Assembly: GCA_001822065.1 (NCBI GenBank)
Contig: MHPJ01000009.1
Location: forward strand, 38,663-83,342
Length of the DNA stretch: 44,680 nucleotides
Origin: Candidatus Staskawiczbacteria bacterium RIFOXYB1_FULL_37_44
Lineage (GTDB): Bacteria > Patescibacteriota > Minisyncoccia > Minisyncoccales > Staskawiczbacteraceae
Reading direction: 5' to 3'
The stretch's first letter is position 1. Each line of letters starts with the position of its first letter. The position numbers and the translations under genes were made by a program. Below the pieces are notes generated by a model. The model was not told where the DNA came from. It did no database searches and saw only the letters and a list, made by a program, of their open reading frames with translations. Positions 16,567 through 25,589 of the stretch are shown here, one piece after another.

Positions 16567-17114
16567 TGGATTTATTAGATCAACAACTTATAACAAATTA
16601 TTTAGGTGGGGATAATAATTCCTTGGAGCTTTTGATTAAAAAGTATTTAAAGTATATCTATAATTTTGTTTACAAGAATGTCGGTGACCAGGCTTCTGCC
16701 GAGGACATAACACAGGAGGTCTTTATCAAGGTTTGGAAAAACATCAGAAAGTTTGATCAGAATAAAAATTTTAAGCCATGGATTTTTCAGATAGCTAAAA
16801 ATACATCTGTAGATTTTTTAAGAAAGAAAAAAACCATACCCTTCTCAAGATTTGAAAACGAAAAAGGACGGAACCCATTCATTGAAAACATTGTTTCAAA
16901 ACCATTAAATCTATTAGAAAATTTTGGTGATAAAAGAACCTTGGCAATTGCGATGCATGGCTTAACTGGTGAAGAACAAAAATTAATAAATTTAAGGCAT
17001 AATGGCGGAATGAGTTTTAAAGAAATTGCAGAAACGTTTCAAGAATCAATAAATACCATAAAGAGTAGGTATCGTAGAATAATTATAGACCTTAGAAAAA
17101 ATACTAAAATATAG
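16566..17114 (+). CDS. ECF-type RNA polymerase sigma factor
   Basis: Region 2 (LLIKKYLKYIYNFVYKNVGDQASAEDITQEVFIKVWKNIRKFD...FKPWIFQIAKNTSVDFLRKKK) and region 4 (LINLRHNGGMSFKEIAETFQESINTIKSRYRR). The ATG shares its A with the last base of the tRNA CCA. Confidence 0.85.
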   Translation: MDLLDQQLITNYLGGDNNSLELLIKKYLKYIYNFVYKNVGDQASAEDITQEVFIKVWKNIRKFDQNKNFKPWIFQIAKNTSVDFLRKKKTIPFSRFENEKGRNPFIENIVSKPLNLLENFGDKRTLAIAMHGLTGEEQKLINLRHNGGMSFKEIAETFQESINTIKSRYRRIIIDLRKNTKI

Positions 17115-17142
17115 AAAGGATGCACCAAAGTGCATCCTTTTT
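17115..17142 (+). terminator. Hairpin/terminator between the sigma and anti-sigma-like genes
   Basis: AAAGGATGCAC (17115-17125) and GTGCATCCTTT (17130-17140) form a perfect 11-bp stem with a 4-nt loop, followed by a T run. Confidence 0.6.
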
Positions 17143-17155
17143 GCGTATAAAAAAT

Positions 17156-17536
17156 ATGGATATAGAGCCGCCAAAAGAATTATTCGGAAAAATACTAAAA
17201 CGCATTCATAGAGAAGAGCGCCTTTTGGTGTTTAGAAAGGTTGTTATTTTTTCTGTCATGATAACGGGATCTTTAGTGGGGTTTGTGCCATCTCTTAAAA
17301 TGCTTTTAGCTGATTTTAGACAATCTGGATTTATTAATTTCTTTTCTCTAATTTTTTCTGATTTCACAGTAGTGAGAACCTATTGGCAGAGTTTTGCAAT
17401 GATTCTTTTAGAGACTTTACCTGCCTTAAGCTTAGTTCTATTTTTAGGTGTTTTACTAATACTTTTGCAGTCAATAAAATCTTTAACAAAAAATTATTAT
17501 GAATACAAACAATATTTTAGAATCAAAATTATTTAA
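17156..17536 (+). CDS. Membrane protein in anti-sigma position
   Basis: I chose the ATG at 17156 because the ORF-track start 17120 lies inside the hairpin. The protein has a short cytoplasmic N-terminus (MDIEPPKELFGKILKRIHREERL) and then about 4 hydrophobic helices. The assignment rests on position only. Confidence 0.4.
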   Translation: MDIEPPKELFGKILKRIHREERLLVFRKVVIFSVMITGSLVGFVPSLKMLLADFRQSGFINFFSLIFSDFTVVRTYWQSFAMILLETLPALSLVLFLGVLLILLQSIKSLTKNYYEYKQYFRIKII

Positions 17537-17990
17537 AGCAATAATTTTAAGCATAGCCGTATTAATTATATTGGTTTTTGTTTTTGGACTTGGAGTATTT
17601 GTTGGCACGAAAAAAGCGGACTTCTCTTTTAGGTGGGCAGATCAATATCATCGTAATTTTGGCGGTCCACAAAGAGGATTCTTTGGAGACATAATGGGTA
17701 ACCAGTTTACAAATAGTAATGGTGTTTTTGGTCAAATATTAAAAATTGACGGCCAAATTTTAATTATAAAAGGTAGGGGCAATGCGGAAAAAAGTATTTT
17801 AGTCAGCGATAAAACATCTATTATCCGACAAAGGGATAATATAAAATTATTTGACTTAAAGACTGATGACATTGTTGTAGTCATAGGAGAACCCAACGAT
17901 AACGGTCAAATAGAAGCAAAACTTATTCGCGTACTTCCACCGCCGCCGATGACTTTGAGACCAGATACACATAAATTTCATAAATTTTAA
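17499..17990 (+). CDS. Membrane-anchored beta-rich protein (paralog of 21602..22015)
   Basis: An N-terminal TM segment, then GQILKIDGQILIIKG...SDKTSII...LKTDDIVVVIGEPNDNGQIEAKLIRVLP. The second protein shares the same pattern (G.I...L.L....T.....DL..G..V.V.G..N.DGS..A..I.I.P), reminiscent of DUF5666-type domains. Confidence 0.5.
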   Translation: MNTNNILESKLFKAIILSIAVLIILVFVFGLGVFVGTKKADFSFRWADQYHRNFGGPQRGFFGDIMGNQFTNSNGVFGQILKIDGQILIIKGRGNAEKSILVSDKTSIIRQRDNIKLFDLKTDDIVVVIGEPNDNGQIEAKLIRVLPPPPMTLRPDTHKFHKF

Positions 17991-17991
17991 A

Positions 17992-19647
17992 ATGATTAAT
18001 ATAATTAAAAAAATAGCAAGTGTAATTAAGGTTTTTACATTAAAACATAAAATAATAAGTTTAATAATAATTTTATGTTTATTGGGCGGGGGATTTTGGA
18101 TATATAAATCTTTAACCAATAATGACGGCCAAACTAGCTATGTTTTGGGTGCCGTTGCGAAGGGGACAATAATTTCTTCTATTTCTGGAACAGGACAAGT
18201 TTCGGCTTTTGATAAAATAGATGTCAAACCAAAGGTTTCAGGAAAAATTGTATATATTAATATTCAAAAAGATAATGAGATTAAAGCAGGAACGTTTTTG
18301 GCGCAGATTGATGCGCGAGATGCCCAGAGCGCTGTGCAAAGCGCAGAAAACGATTTAGATAGTGCTCGGTTGTCGTTAACTGATATTAATGGTGAAGCTA
18401 AAGACGCGCTTGATGCAGCTTATGATAAGGGATTAGATGCTCTAACAACTACATATAAGGATTTAGCTTCAATGAAAGCTAATTTGGATAGTATGTTTTT
18501 AGAAAGTAGTTATAATGGTAATGACAGCGATATTAATTATTATCTTGATTTTGTGCGTTTTTATGATGAAAAAACAAATGATCTAAGTTTTTGGATAACT
18601 GATGCTAAACAAAAATATTCAGATATGCAAAAAAACATGGATACGGTCGAGGAAATAGGATGGACAATTAGTAAAAATTCTCAAGCATCTCAGATTGAAA
18701 ATATAGTCGCAGAAACTTACAATTCTGTAAAAATATTTTTAGATTTAATTAGACAAACATCTAATCTTACACAAAGGTATCAAAAGATTTCTGAAACAAA
18801 AAATTTAACAACTCCTATTAAAACAGCAGCAACCACAACACAAATAACTCAACTAAGCGCCGCCCTTGAAGCGCTTATTAAAGACACAGCAACTCTTTTA
18901 ACTGCAAAATCTGATATAACCGCCAAGAAAGTTGCTCTTTCTAAGGCAAATATAGATATAAAATCTCAAAATTTAAGTATGCAGAAATATGAAAATGCGC
19001 TTTTAGATGCAAAGGAAAATTTGGCAAAATATTATATATATTCTTCTATAGATGGTATTATTTCTGCGGTTGATTCTACAATTAAAACAGGGGATATAAT
19101 TTCTTCAGGAATCGTTTTGGGATCTATCGTTACCAAACAACAAGTTATTGAAATTTCTTTAAATGAAGTTGATGCTGTTAAAGTAAAGACAGGCCAAAAA
19201 GTAACAATAGCTTTTGATGCTCTTCCAGATATAACTGCTACGGGTTCTGTCGTAGATGTCGATATTGTTGGAGTTGTAAGCCAGGGGGTAGTAAGTTATG
19301 GAGTAAAAATTGCTTTAGATATTATAGATAGCCAAATAAAGCCTGGAATGAGTGGGAGTGTGAATATCATAACCGAAACAAAACAAAATGTTTTAACTGT
19401 GCCCAACGGAGCGGTCAAATCAAAAAACGAAGCCTATTATGTTTTAGTTCCAGGCTCGCCCGCGCCAATACAAAAAACAGTAGAGGTGGGAGTTGCCGAT
19501 GACACCAACACAGAAATAATTAGCGGATTAGCCGAGGGGGATCAAATTGTCATTAGAACAATCTCCAATAGTAAATCTGCCACCCCTACAATCCCTTCCA
19601 CAACAAGACAAGCAACGCAGGGCCTATTTGGCCCGGGAGGACGATAA
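17992..19647 (+). CDS. HlyD/MacA-type periplasmic adaptor with an unusually long helical insert
   Basis: An N-terminal TM segment, a lipoyl-like GTGQVSAFDKIDVKPKVSGKIVYI, about 250 aa of helical sequence, a beta-barrel YSSIDGIISAV..., and a C-terminal VLTVPNGAV...YYVLV. Confidence 0.8.
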   Translation: MINIIKKIASVIKVFTLKHKIISLIIILCLLGGGFWIYKSLTNNDGQTSYVLGAVAKGTIISSISGTGQVSAFDKIDVKPKVSGKIVYINIQKDNEIKAGTFLAQIDARDAQSAVQSAENDLDSARLSLTDINGEAKDALDAAYDKGLDALTTTYKDLASMKANLDSMFLESSYNGNDSDINYYLDFVRFYDEKTNDLSFWITDAKQKYSDMQKNMDTVEEIGWTISKNSQASQIENIVAETYNSVKIFLDLIRQTSNLTQRYQKISETKNLTTPIKTAATTTQITQLSAALEALIKDTATLLTAKSDITAKKVALSKANIDIKSQNLSMQKYENALLDAKENLAKYYIYSSIDGIISAVDSTIKTGDIISSGIVLGSIVTKQQVIEISLNEVDAVKVKTGQKVTIAFDALPDITATGSVVDVDIVGVVSQGVVSYGVKIALDIIDSQIKPGMSGSVNIITETKQNVLTVPNGAVKSKNEAYYVLVPGSPAPIQKTVEVGVADDTNTEIISGLAEGDQIVIRTISNSKSATPTIPSTTRQATQGLFGPGGR

Positions 19648-19657
19648 TAATAATTGT

Positions 19658-20341
19658 ATGATCGAAGTTAAAAATATAGTAAAAATATATCAAACAGGAA
19701 GTGTTGGCTTTCAGGCTCTATCAGGAGTTAACTTTACAATAAAAGACGGAGAATTTGTTGCGATAATGGGGCCTTCCGGTTCCGGCAAATCAACTTTAAT
19801 GCATATTCTAGGAGCCATAGATATTCCAACAACTGGGACATATTTTTTAGATGGAAAAGACGTTTCGACATTAAATGAGGGTGAGCTTGCTGATATAAGA
19901 AAAAATAAAATAGGTTTTGTTTTTCAGGCATTTAATCTTTTACCAAGGGCAAGCGCAATAAGAAATGTATCTTTGCCATTAGTTTATACTGGCACCACGA
20001 AAGAAGAGCGAGAAAAAAGAGCAAAACAAGCATTAAAAGCGGCTGGGCTAGAAGAAGAATCTTTCAGCCATCTATCTAATCAACTATCTGGCGGACAAAT
20101 TCAAAGAGTTGCAATTGCTAGGGCATTAGTTAATAATCCAACTGTAATTTTAGCCGATGAACCAACAGGAAATCTTGATTCGAAAACAGGCGAAATAGTT
20201 TTGGAAACATTTAAAAAACTCAATAAAGAACACGGAAGAACGATCATTCTTATTACCCACGAACATGACGTTGCTGAACACGCCGATAGGATTATTTTTC
20301 TTAAAGACGGTTTAATTGTAAGCGATATAAGAAAAAAATGA
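19658..20341 (+). CDS. MacB/LolD-type ABC transporter ATP-binding protein
   Basis: MIEVKNIVKIY, Walker A GPSGSGKST, the signature LSGGQIQRVAIARAL, Walker B ILADEPTGNLD, and the H-loop ITHE. I chose the ATG at 19658 because the ORF-track start 19547 lies inside the adaptor gene. Confidence 0.9.
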   Translation: MIEVKNIVKIYQTGSVGFQALSGVNFTIKDGEFVAIMGPSGSGKSTLMHILGAIDIPTTGTYFLDGKDVSTLNEGELADIRKNKIGFVFQAFNLLPRASAIRNVSLPLVYTGTTKEEREKRAKQALKAAGLEEESFSHLSNQLSGGQIQRVAIARALVNNPTVILADEPTGNLDSKTGEIVLETFKKLNKEHGRTIILITHEHDVAEHADRIIFLKDGLIVSDIRKK

Positions 20342-21570
20342 AAATAATAGATATATTAGAAGAAACATTTTTAGCCTTATTATCGAATAAAGCCAGAACA
20401 GGCTTAACTATTTTAGGTATTGTTATTGGAATAAGTTCTGTAATTGTAATGGTGTCTGTGGGGCAGGGAGCAACATTGTCAATTCAGGCAAGTATAGAAT
20501 CAACAGGGTCTAACCTTTTAATGATAACACCGGGTGTTGCAAGGAACATTGGTTATTCTGCTCGTTCGGCTGGCGGTACGGCTCAGTCGCTTACCATAGA
20601 TGATGCTGACGCGATAGCAAACGAAGTTTCATCTGTTATATATATGACACCACAGGTTACAGGAAGGTATCAGGTTGTTTATAAAGGGAATAATACGAAC
20701 ACATCTGTAATCGGAACAGGTGATACGTATCCTTTCGTTAGAAATTTAAGCATAGATAAGGGAAATTTTATTACCACACAGGACGTTGAGAATACCACAA
20801 AAGTGGCGGTAATCGGTCCGACAGTTGTAATAGATTTATTCGGCCCAGATGCGGTGGCTGATGACGTCATAGGGCAAACAATAAAAATAAATAAAATAGA
20901 ATTCAAAGTTATAGGAGTTACAAAAACCAAGGGCGGAACAGGATTTCAAAATCAAGATGACAGAATTTATATACCTTATACGGTTTCACAAAGATATTTT
21001 TCCGGAAATAAATATTTGTCAGAAATTGATTTACAAATAAGTAGTTCTGATTTGATGACATCTGCTCAGAATGAAGTTACAAGTTTATTGTTGGCCCGTC
21101 ACAATATCGCAGATTCGACATCGGCCGATTTTACCGTACAAAATCAGTCCGATATATTATCCAGTATTTCAAGCGTAAGCCAGACCCTCACGATTTTGCT
21201 TGGAGCCATAGCCGGAATTTCTTTGCTTGTCGGTGGAATTGGAATTATGAATATGATGCTTACCACAATTACAGAAAGAACAAGAGAAATAGGTTTACGA
21301 AAGGCTATAGGCGCAAAAGCGAAAGACATCACAACACAGTTCTTGACCGAAGCAGTTGTTTTAACATTTTCTGGCGGAGTAGTTGGAGTTTTTCTTGGTT
21401 GGATAATTTCTTGGGGTATAAAATATTTTAATTTATATCAAACACAGGTTTCGTTTTTCTCGGTACTTTTAGCAGTTGCTGTTTCTGCCGCCATCGGGAT
21501 TATTTTCGGATATTATCCAGCCAAAAGGGCAGCTAAACTTAATCCAATAGAGGCATTACGTTATGAATAA
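20338..21570 (+). CDS. MacB-type ABC permease (MacB periplasmic domain plus FtsX domain)
   Basis: LLSNKARTGLTILGIVIGISSVI, a large extracytoplasmic domain, GGIGIMNMMLTTITERTREIGLRKAIGA, and a C-terminal YYPAKRAAKLNPIEALRYE. Confidence 0.9.
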   Translation: MKIIDILEETFLALLSNKARTGLTILGIVIGISSVIVMVSVGQGATLSIQASIESTGSNLLMITPGVARNIGYSARSAGGTAQSLTIDDADAIANEVSSVIYMTPQVTGRYQVVYKGNNTNTSVIGTGDTYPFVRNLSIDKGNFITTQDVENTTKVAVIGPTVVIDLFGPDAVADDVIGQTIKINKIEFKVIGVTKTKGGTGFQNQDDRIYIPYTVSQRYFSGNKYLSEIDLQISSSDLMTSAQNEVTSLLLARHNIADSTSADFTVQNQSDILSSISSVSQTLTILLGAIAGISLLVGGIGIMNMMLTTITERTREIGLRKAIGAKAKDITTQFLTEAVVLTFSGGVVGVFLGWIISWGIKYFNLYQTQVSFFSVLLAVAVSAAIGIIFGYYPAKRAAKLNPIEALRYE

Positions 21571-21601
21571 TAAAATTAATAATAATTAAAAGTATAAACA
21601 T

Positions 21602-22015
21602 ATGAAAAAATCACATTTAATCGTAGTAATAATTATTTTGGCAGTTGTAGTGATGGGAGGATCTTTTTATGGAGGTATGATCTATGTCAAAAGTCAAAAC
21701 CCACGTGGAGGGTTTAATGGTGGAAACTTTCAAACAAGAGTTAACAGGGTTGGAGAGAATGGTTCTAATTTTATTTCAGGAAACATTATTTCTAAAGATA
21801 ACAACAGTATTACATTGAAATTATTAAATAATGCCGGCTCGAAGATAATTTTTTATTCAGAAAATACGCAAGTTAACAAACAAGCCGCAGGGACACCAGA
21901 TGACTTAGTAGTTGGAACATCATTAAGCGTAACTGGTACAACAAACTCCGATGGAAGCGTAACAGCGCAAAGCATTCAAATACGACCAGCTGGGCAGATT
22001 AAACCAGGTTTATAG
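21602..22015 (+). CDS. Secreted/membrane-anchored beta-rich protein (paralog of 17499..17990)
   Basis: An N-terminal TM segment, a Gly/Asn-rich linker, and GNIISKDNNSITLKL...TQVNK...DLVVGTSLSVTGTTNSDGSVTAQSIQIRP. Confidence 0.5.
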   Translation: MKKSHLIVVIIILAVVVMGGSFYGGMIYVKSQNPRGGFNGGNFQTRVNRVGENGSNFISGNIISKDNNSITLKLLNNAGSKIIFYSENTQVNKQAAGTPDDLVVGTSLSVTGTTNSDGSVTAQSIQIRPAGQIKPGL

Positions 22016-22126
22016 AACGAGTTGCCACGCATGAGCGAAAATCTAAACTAATTTATGCCAGTAAACGCTGGTATTTTAGTTAGATTTGGGATATAAATAA
22101 GAAGCAAAGGCGAATCGGGTGAAAAA

Positions 22127-22384
22127 ATGATAAAGAATAATGCAAACAAAAGTTCAAACATTTCTGTAAACGACTTGATTCTGTTTTGCATACATTCAGT
22201 AATTTTGAATTCCGAACAATGCAGTTTTGATCGCCTTGTAAAGGAATGTTTTACTTTATTCCCCGGGACGTTGCGCTTTATGCGCTATCCAATTTGGCCC
22301 GAAACATATTTTATTTTAACAAAAACCGGAGCAGAAAAAGCGGCAGCTGTTTCTAAATCATTAAGGCAAGGAAAACTACTATGA
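22127..22384 (+). CDS. Hypothetical protein
   Basis: An 85-aa ORF whose stop overlaps the mltG start (ATGA). No recognisable motif. Confidence 0.35.
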   Translation: MIKNNANKSSNISVNDLILFCIHSVILNSEQCSFDRLVKECFTLFPGTLRFMRYPIWPETYFILTKTGAEKAAAVSKSLRQGKLL

Positions 22385-23403
22385 AAAGAGACTTTTCAAA
22401 AATTTCCGTAAAGCAATTAAAAAACATTGCAAAAGCAGCCGGAATTGTTTTTCTGTTGGCATTTTTTTACGTGTGTTTTGAAATTTATATTCCTATAAAC
22501 CCTGGTTCCCATGAAACAGCTATTTACACAGTTCAAAAGGGCTGGGGGGACGATGAAATTGCAAGAGACTTGGAGAAACTTGGAATAATCAGAAGCAATT
22601 ATTTTTTCAGGCTTTATGTTGTTGCTTCCCTCCAGCATTCATCGCTAAAAGCAGGGGAATATAATTTGTCCCCCAAAATGTCTATTTACCAAATTGCCAA
22701 AAAAATGGCAGCAGGAGATATTATAAAAGATACAGTGGTAGTTTTGGAAGGCTGGGACGCAAAAGACATTGGAAAATATTTAGAAGCAAAAGGAATTTGC
22801 AAACAAAATTATTTTATTTCCCTTACGAAAAAAGATTACGCGGGCGATTTTTCTTTTTTAAAAGACAAGCCAAAAGATGAAGGTTTGGAAGGCTATCTTT
22901 TTCCGGACACTTACCAAATTTCAAAAGGCGAAACTTGCGAAGATATTTTAAGCTTGATGCTGGATAATTTTGACAAAAAATTAACGCCCGAATTAAACAA
23001 AGAAATTGCAAACCAGAAAAAATCTATTTTTGACATTGTTACAATGGCTTCAATTATTGAAAAAGAAGTCAGGAAAATGGATGAAAAAGAAATTGTTTCG
23101 GGAATTTTGTGGAAACGTATCAGTATTGGAATGCCCTTACAGCTTGATTCAACGGTAAATTTTATTACAGACGGAAACGACCCAAGTGTTTCAATTAAGG
23201 CAACAAAAATTGATTCGCCTTACAATACCTACAAATACCATGGCTTGCCCAAAGGACCAATTTCAAATCCGGGATTGGGTTCTATTTTGTCTGCAATTTA
23301 TCCTAAAAAAACAAATTATTGGTTTTGGCTTTCAGACGGCATAACGCATTTTAGCGAAACATTGCAACAGCACAACATTGCTAAAGCAAAATATTTAGAC
23401 TAA
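22381..23403 (+). CDS. mltG: Endolytic murein transglycosylase MltG (YceG-like)
   Basis: An N-terminal TM segment, a LysM-like VQKGWGDDEIARDLEKLGIIRS, EGYLFPDTY, ASIIEKE and LQLDSTVNF...YNTYKYHGLPKGPISNPG. Confidence 0.85.
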   Translation: MKRDFSKISVKQLKNIAKAAGIVFLLAFFYVCFEIYIPINPGSHETAIYTVQKGWGDDEIARDLEKLGIIRSNYFFRLYVVASLQHSSLKAGEYNLSPKMSIYQIAKKMAAGDIIKDTVVVLEGWDAKDIGKYLEAKGICKQNYFISLTKKDYAGDFSFLKDKPKDEGLEGYLFPDTYQISKGETCEDILSLMLDNFDKKLTPELNKEIANQKKSIFDIVTMASIIEKEVRKMDEKEIVSGILWKRISIGMPLQLDSTVNFITDGNDPSVSIKATKIDSPYNTYKYHGLPKGPISNPGLGSILSAIYPKKTNYWFWLSDGITHFSETLQQHNIAKAKYLD

Positions 23404-23413
23404 TTTAAAAAAT

Positions 23414-25153
23414 ATGACGGCAGAAGTTTTAATAATAGCCATTATTTCAATTTTGATTATTCTTGTAATTGCCGGAATTTTCACTTTTCAAAAAAATAAA
23501 AAGTTTGAGAAAGACTTAATAAAAAGGGAGAAAAGTGCCAGGCGCAAAATGTATGAAATTGCAATTTTAAATGAACTTGGAGATAAAGTGGGATATTCGT
23601 TAAATGTACAAAATATTGCAGAGATGATAATTGGATCTTTGCGCCAGTTTATAGAATATAGCGCCGCATCTTATATGCTTTTTTACCCAGAAAAAATAAT
23701 TTTTCGGACATATATTGAAAAACCAGTTTCTCATAAATTTATCCGTGATATAAAAGAAAAAATGTTAAATTCTGCGGGGGTGCTTTTGAATGCTGATTTT
23801 AAAAATACAAAAATTGATGAAGCATTATGGGGGTCTAATTTAAGCAATGAAGCAAATGATTCGGTAGGATCGTTTTTTAATATTCCTTTGGCAATATCAG
23901 GTAAGACTGTCGGTCTGGTGACCGTGGCAAGCAAGGAATCTGGTTTTTACAAAGAAGAAGAAATAGATATTTTATATAAAATATCCCAGCAGGCAACAGA
24001 AGCAGTAATGAGGTTGCAGATGGTTGTGGAGCAAGAAAAGAGCAAGTTAAATGCAATGGTGGCAAGTATGGCAGATGGAGTAATAATGACAGACATGGAT
24101 TTCAAAGTTCTTGTGGTAAATCCTGCAGCAAGGAAGGTCGCAGGTTCTGAAAATAAAAGCGATCCGTCCATAGCTGATTTTACTCTTTGCCTTAGGGGAA
24201 AGTTTGATTTGAGGGATAAAATTGAAGAAAGCATAAGACTGGAAAAAGTTTTTGTTTCCGATGAAATTTCTCTTCATAGCGGTTTTTTTCAAATCATAAT
24301 TTCTCCCGTTAAAGACAGATGGAAATCATTGGGGTGCGTTATTGTTTTTCGCGATATAACCCGCGAGAAGGAGATACAAAAAATTAAAGATGATTTTACA
24401 TCAATGATAGTGCACGAACTTAGGTCGCCTTTAGATTCAATAAAAAAAATGATAGAATTAATTCGGATGTCCGAAGTAAAAAAGCAAAAACAGGAGGAAT
24501 GTTTTAAAATGATATACAGCAGTTCTTCAGATATGCTTTCGCTTGTCAATAATATTTTAGATGTTGCTAAAATTGAAGCCGGAAAATTTGAACTTGTAAA
24601 ACAGCCTTCGGATATAAAAGAAACTGTCAAAAGACGAATATCATTTTTTGACATAGCCGCTAAAGATGCTAAAGTAGAATTAATAAGCCAATTTGGCAAA
24701 GATCTTCCGGACAAAGTTGAGTTTGATCCGCACATGATTTCTGAGGTTTTGAATAACCTTATTTCCAACGCGATAAAGTTTAACAAAAAAAATGGTAGTA
24801 TAATTATTCAAGTTTTAGTTCACAAAAACGGAAAAAGCATAGAAAACGAAGCAAAAGATTCAAAAATAAACTGGTTTATAAAAAATGATATTACGGCTAT
24901 TCCTGATTCGTTGATAGTTGCCGTTACCGATACGGGCGCTGGCATAGCTTCAGAACAAATAAATAAACTTTTTAACAAATTCTTTCAGGTTAAAAGCGCG
25001 TTTGCGCAGAAAGGGGGAACAGGTTTGGGTTTGGCCATAATCAAAAGTATTGTTGAATCTCATGGCGGCGTTGTGGGCGCAGAATCAGTTGAAGGGCAAG
25101 GGGCAACTTTTTATTTTTCTCTTCCAATAAATGCGGCGGAAATTAGGGAATAA
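23414..25153 (+). CDS. Sensor histidine kinase (TM, GAF-like, PAS, HisKA, HATPase_c)
   Basis: MVASMADGVIMTDMDFKVLVVNPAARKV (PAS), the H-box DDFTSMIVHELRSPLDSI, the N-box NLISNAIKFN, DTGAGI and GTGLGLAI. Confidence 0.85.
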   Translation: MTAEVLIIAIISILIILVIAGIFTFQKNKKFEKDLIKREKSARRKMYEIAILNELGDKVGYSLNVQNIAEMIIGSLRQFIEYSAASYMLFYPEKIIFRTYIEKPVSHKFIRDIKEKMLNSAGVLLNADFKNTKIDEALWGSNLSNEANDSVGSFFNIPLAISGKTVGLVTVASKESGFYKEEEIDILYKISQQATEAVMRLQMVVEQEKSKLNAMVASMADGVIMTDMDFKVLVVNPAARKVAGSENKSDPSIADFTLCLRGKFDLRDKIEESIRLEKVFVSDEISLHSGFFQIIISPVKDRWKSLGCVIVFRDITREKEIQKIKDDFTSMIVHELRSPLDSIKKMIELIRMSEVKKQKQEECFKMIYSSSSDMLSLVNNILDVAKIEAGKFELVKQPSDIKETVKRRISFFDIAAKDAKVELISQFGKDLPDKVEFDPHMISEVLNNLISNAIKFNKKNGSIIIQVLVHKNGKSIENEAKDSKINWFIKNDITAIPDSLIVAVTDTGAGIASEQINKLFNKFFQVKSAFAQKGGTGLGLAIIKSIVESHGGVVGAESVEGQGATFYFSLPINAAEIRE

Positions 25154-25171
25154 TATTAATAATTATAAAAA

Positions 25172-25543
25172 ATGGACACAAATAAAAAAATTCTAATTGT
25201 AGAGGACTCAAAAAATTATCTGTGGATTATTTCTAACGAACTTGAGAGGCAGGGATATATTGTATTTACTGCTGAAAACGGAGAGGATGGTTTGGTTGCT
25301 GCAAAAAAAGAAAAGCCCGATTTAATTCTTTTAGACATTGAAATGCCTAAAATGGACGGTATGACTATGTCTAAAAAGTTAAGAGAATTCGATACTAAAA
25401 CGCCAATTATATTTTTGACAAATAGGGGCGATTTAAAGCATATTAGCGACGCGATTGAAGTGGCGGCAGATTACATTATTAAATCTGACATAAACACAGA
25501 GGGTATTGCAGACAGAGTCAAAGAAAGATTAAACCTTAAATAA
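25172..25543 (+). CDS. Receiver-only response regulator
   Basis: KILIVEDSKNY, KPDLILLDIEMPKMDG, PIIFLTN and DYIIKSD. Confidence 0.85.
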   Translation: MDTNKKILIVEDSKNYLWIISNELERQGYIVFTAENGEDGLVAAKKEKPDLILLDIEMPKMDGMTMSKKLREFDTKTPIIFLTNRGDLKHISDAIEVAADYIIKSDINTEGIADRVKERLNLK

Positions 25544-25548
25544 GAGTA

Positions 25549-25577
25549 TTGACAATAATTAAGTTATAGATTAAGAT
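25549..25577 (+). promoter_or_regulatory. Candidate rplJ-rplL promoter
   Basis: TTGACA (25549-25554), 17-nt spacer, TAAGAT (25572-25577). Confidence 0.45.
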
Positions 25578-25589
25578 ACAAGCATAATT

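Noticed and set aside
17120-17155. ORF-track start at 17120 for the anti-sigma-like protein
   Set aside because: This ATG lies inside the 11-bp hairpin stem of the terminator. The ATG at 17156 gives a sensible N-terminus.
19547-19657. ORF-track start at 19547 for the ABC ATPase
   Set aside because: The extension lies inside the adaptor gene in another frame and adds a non-homologous leader. MIEVKNIVKIY at 19658 is the canonical N-terminus of this ATPase family.
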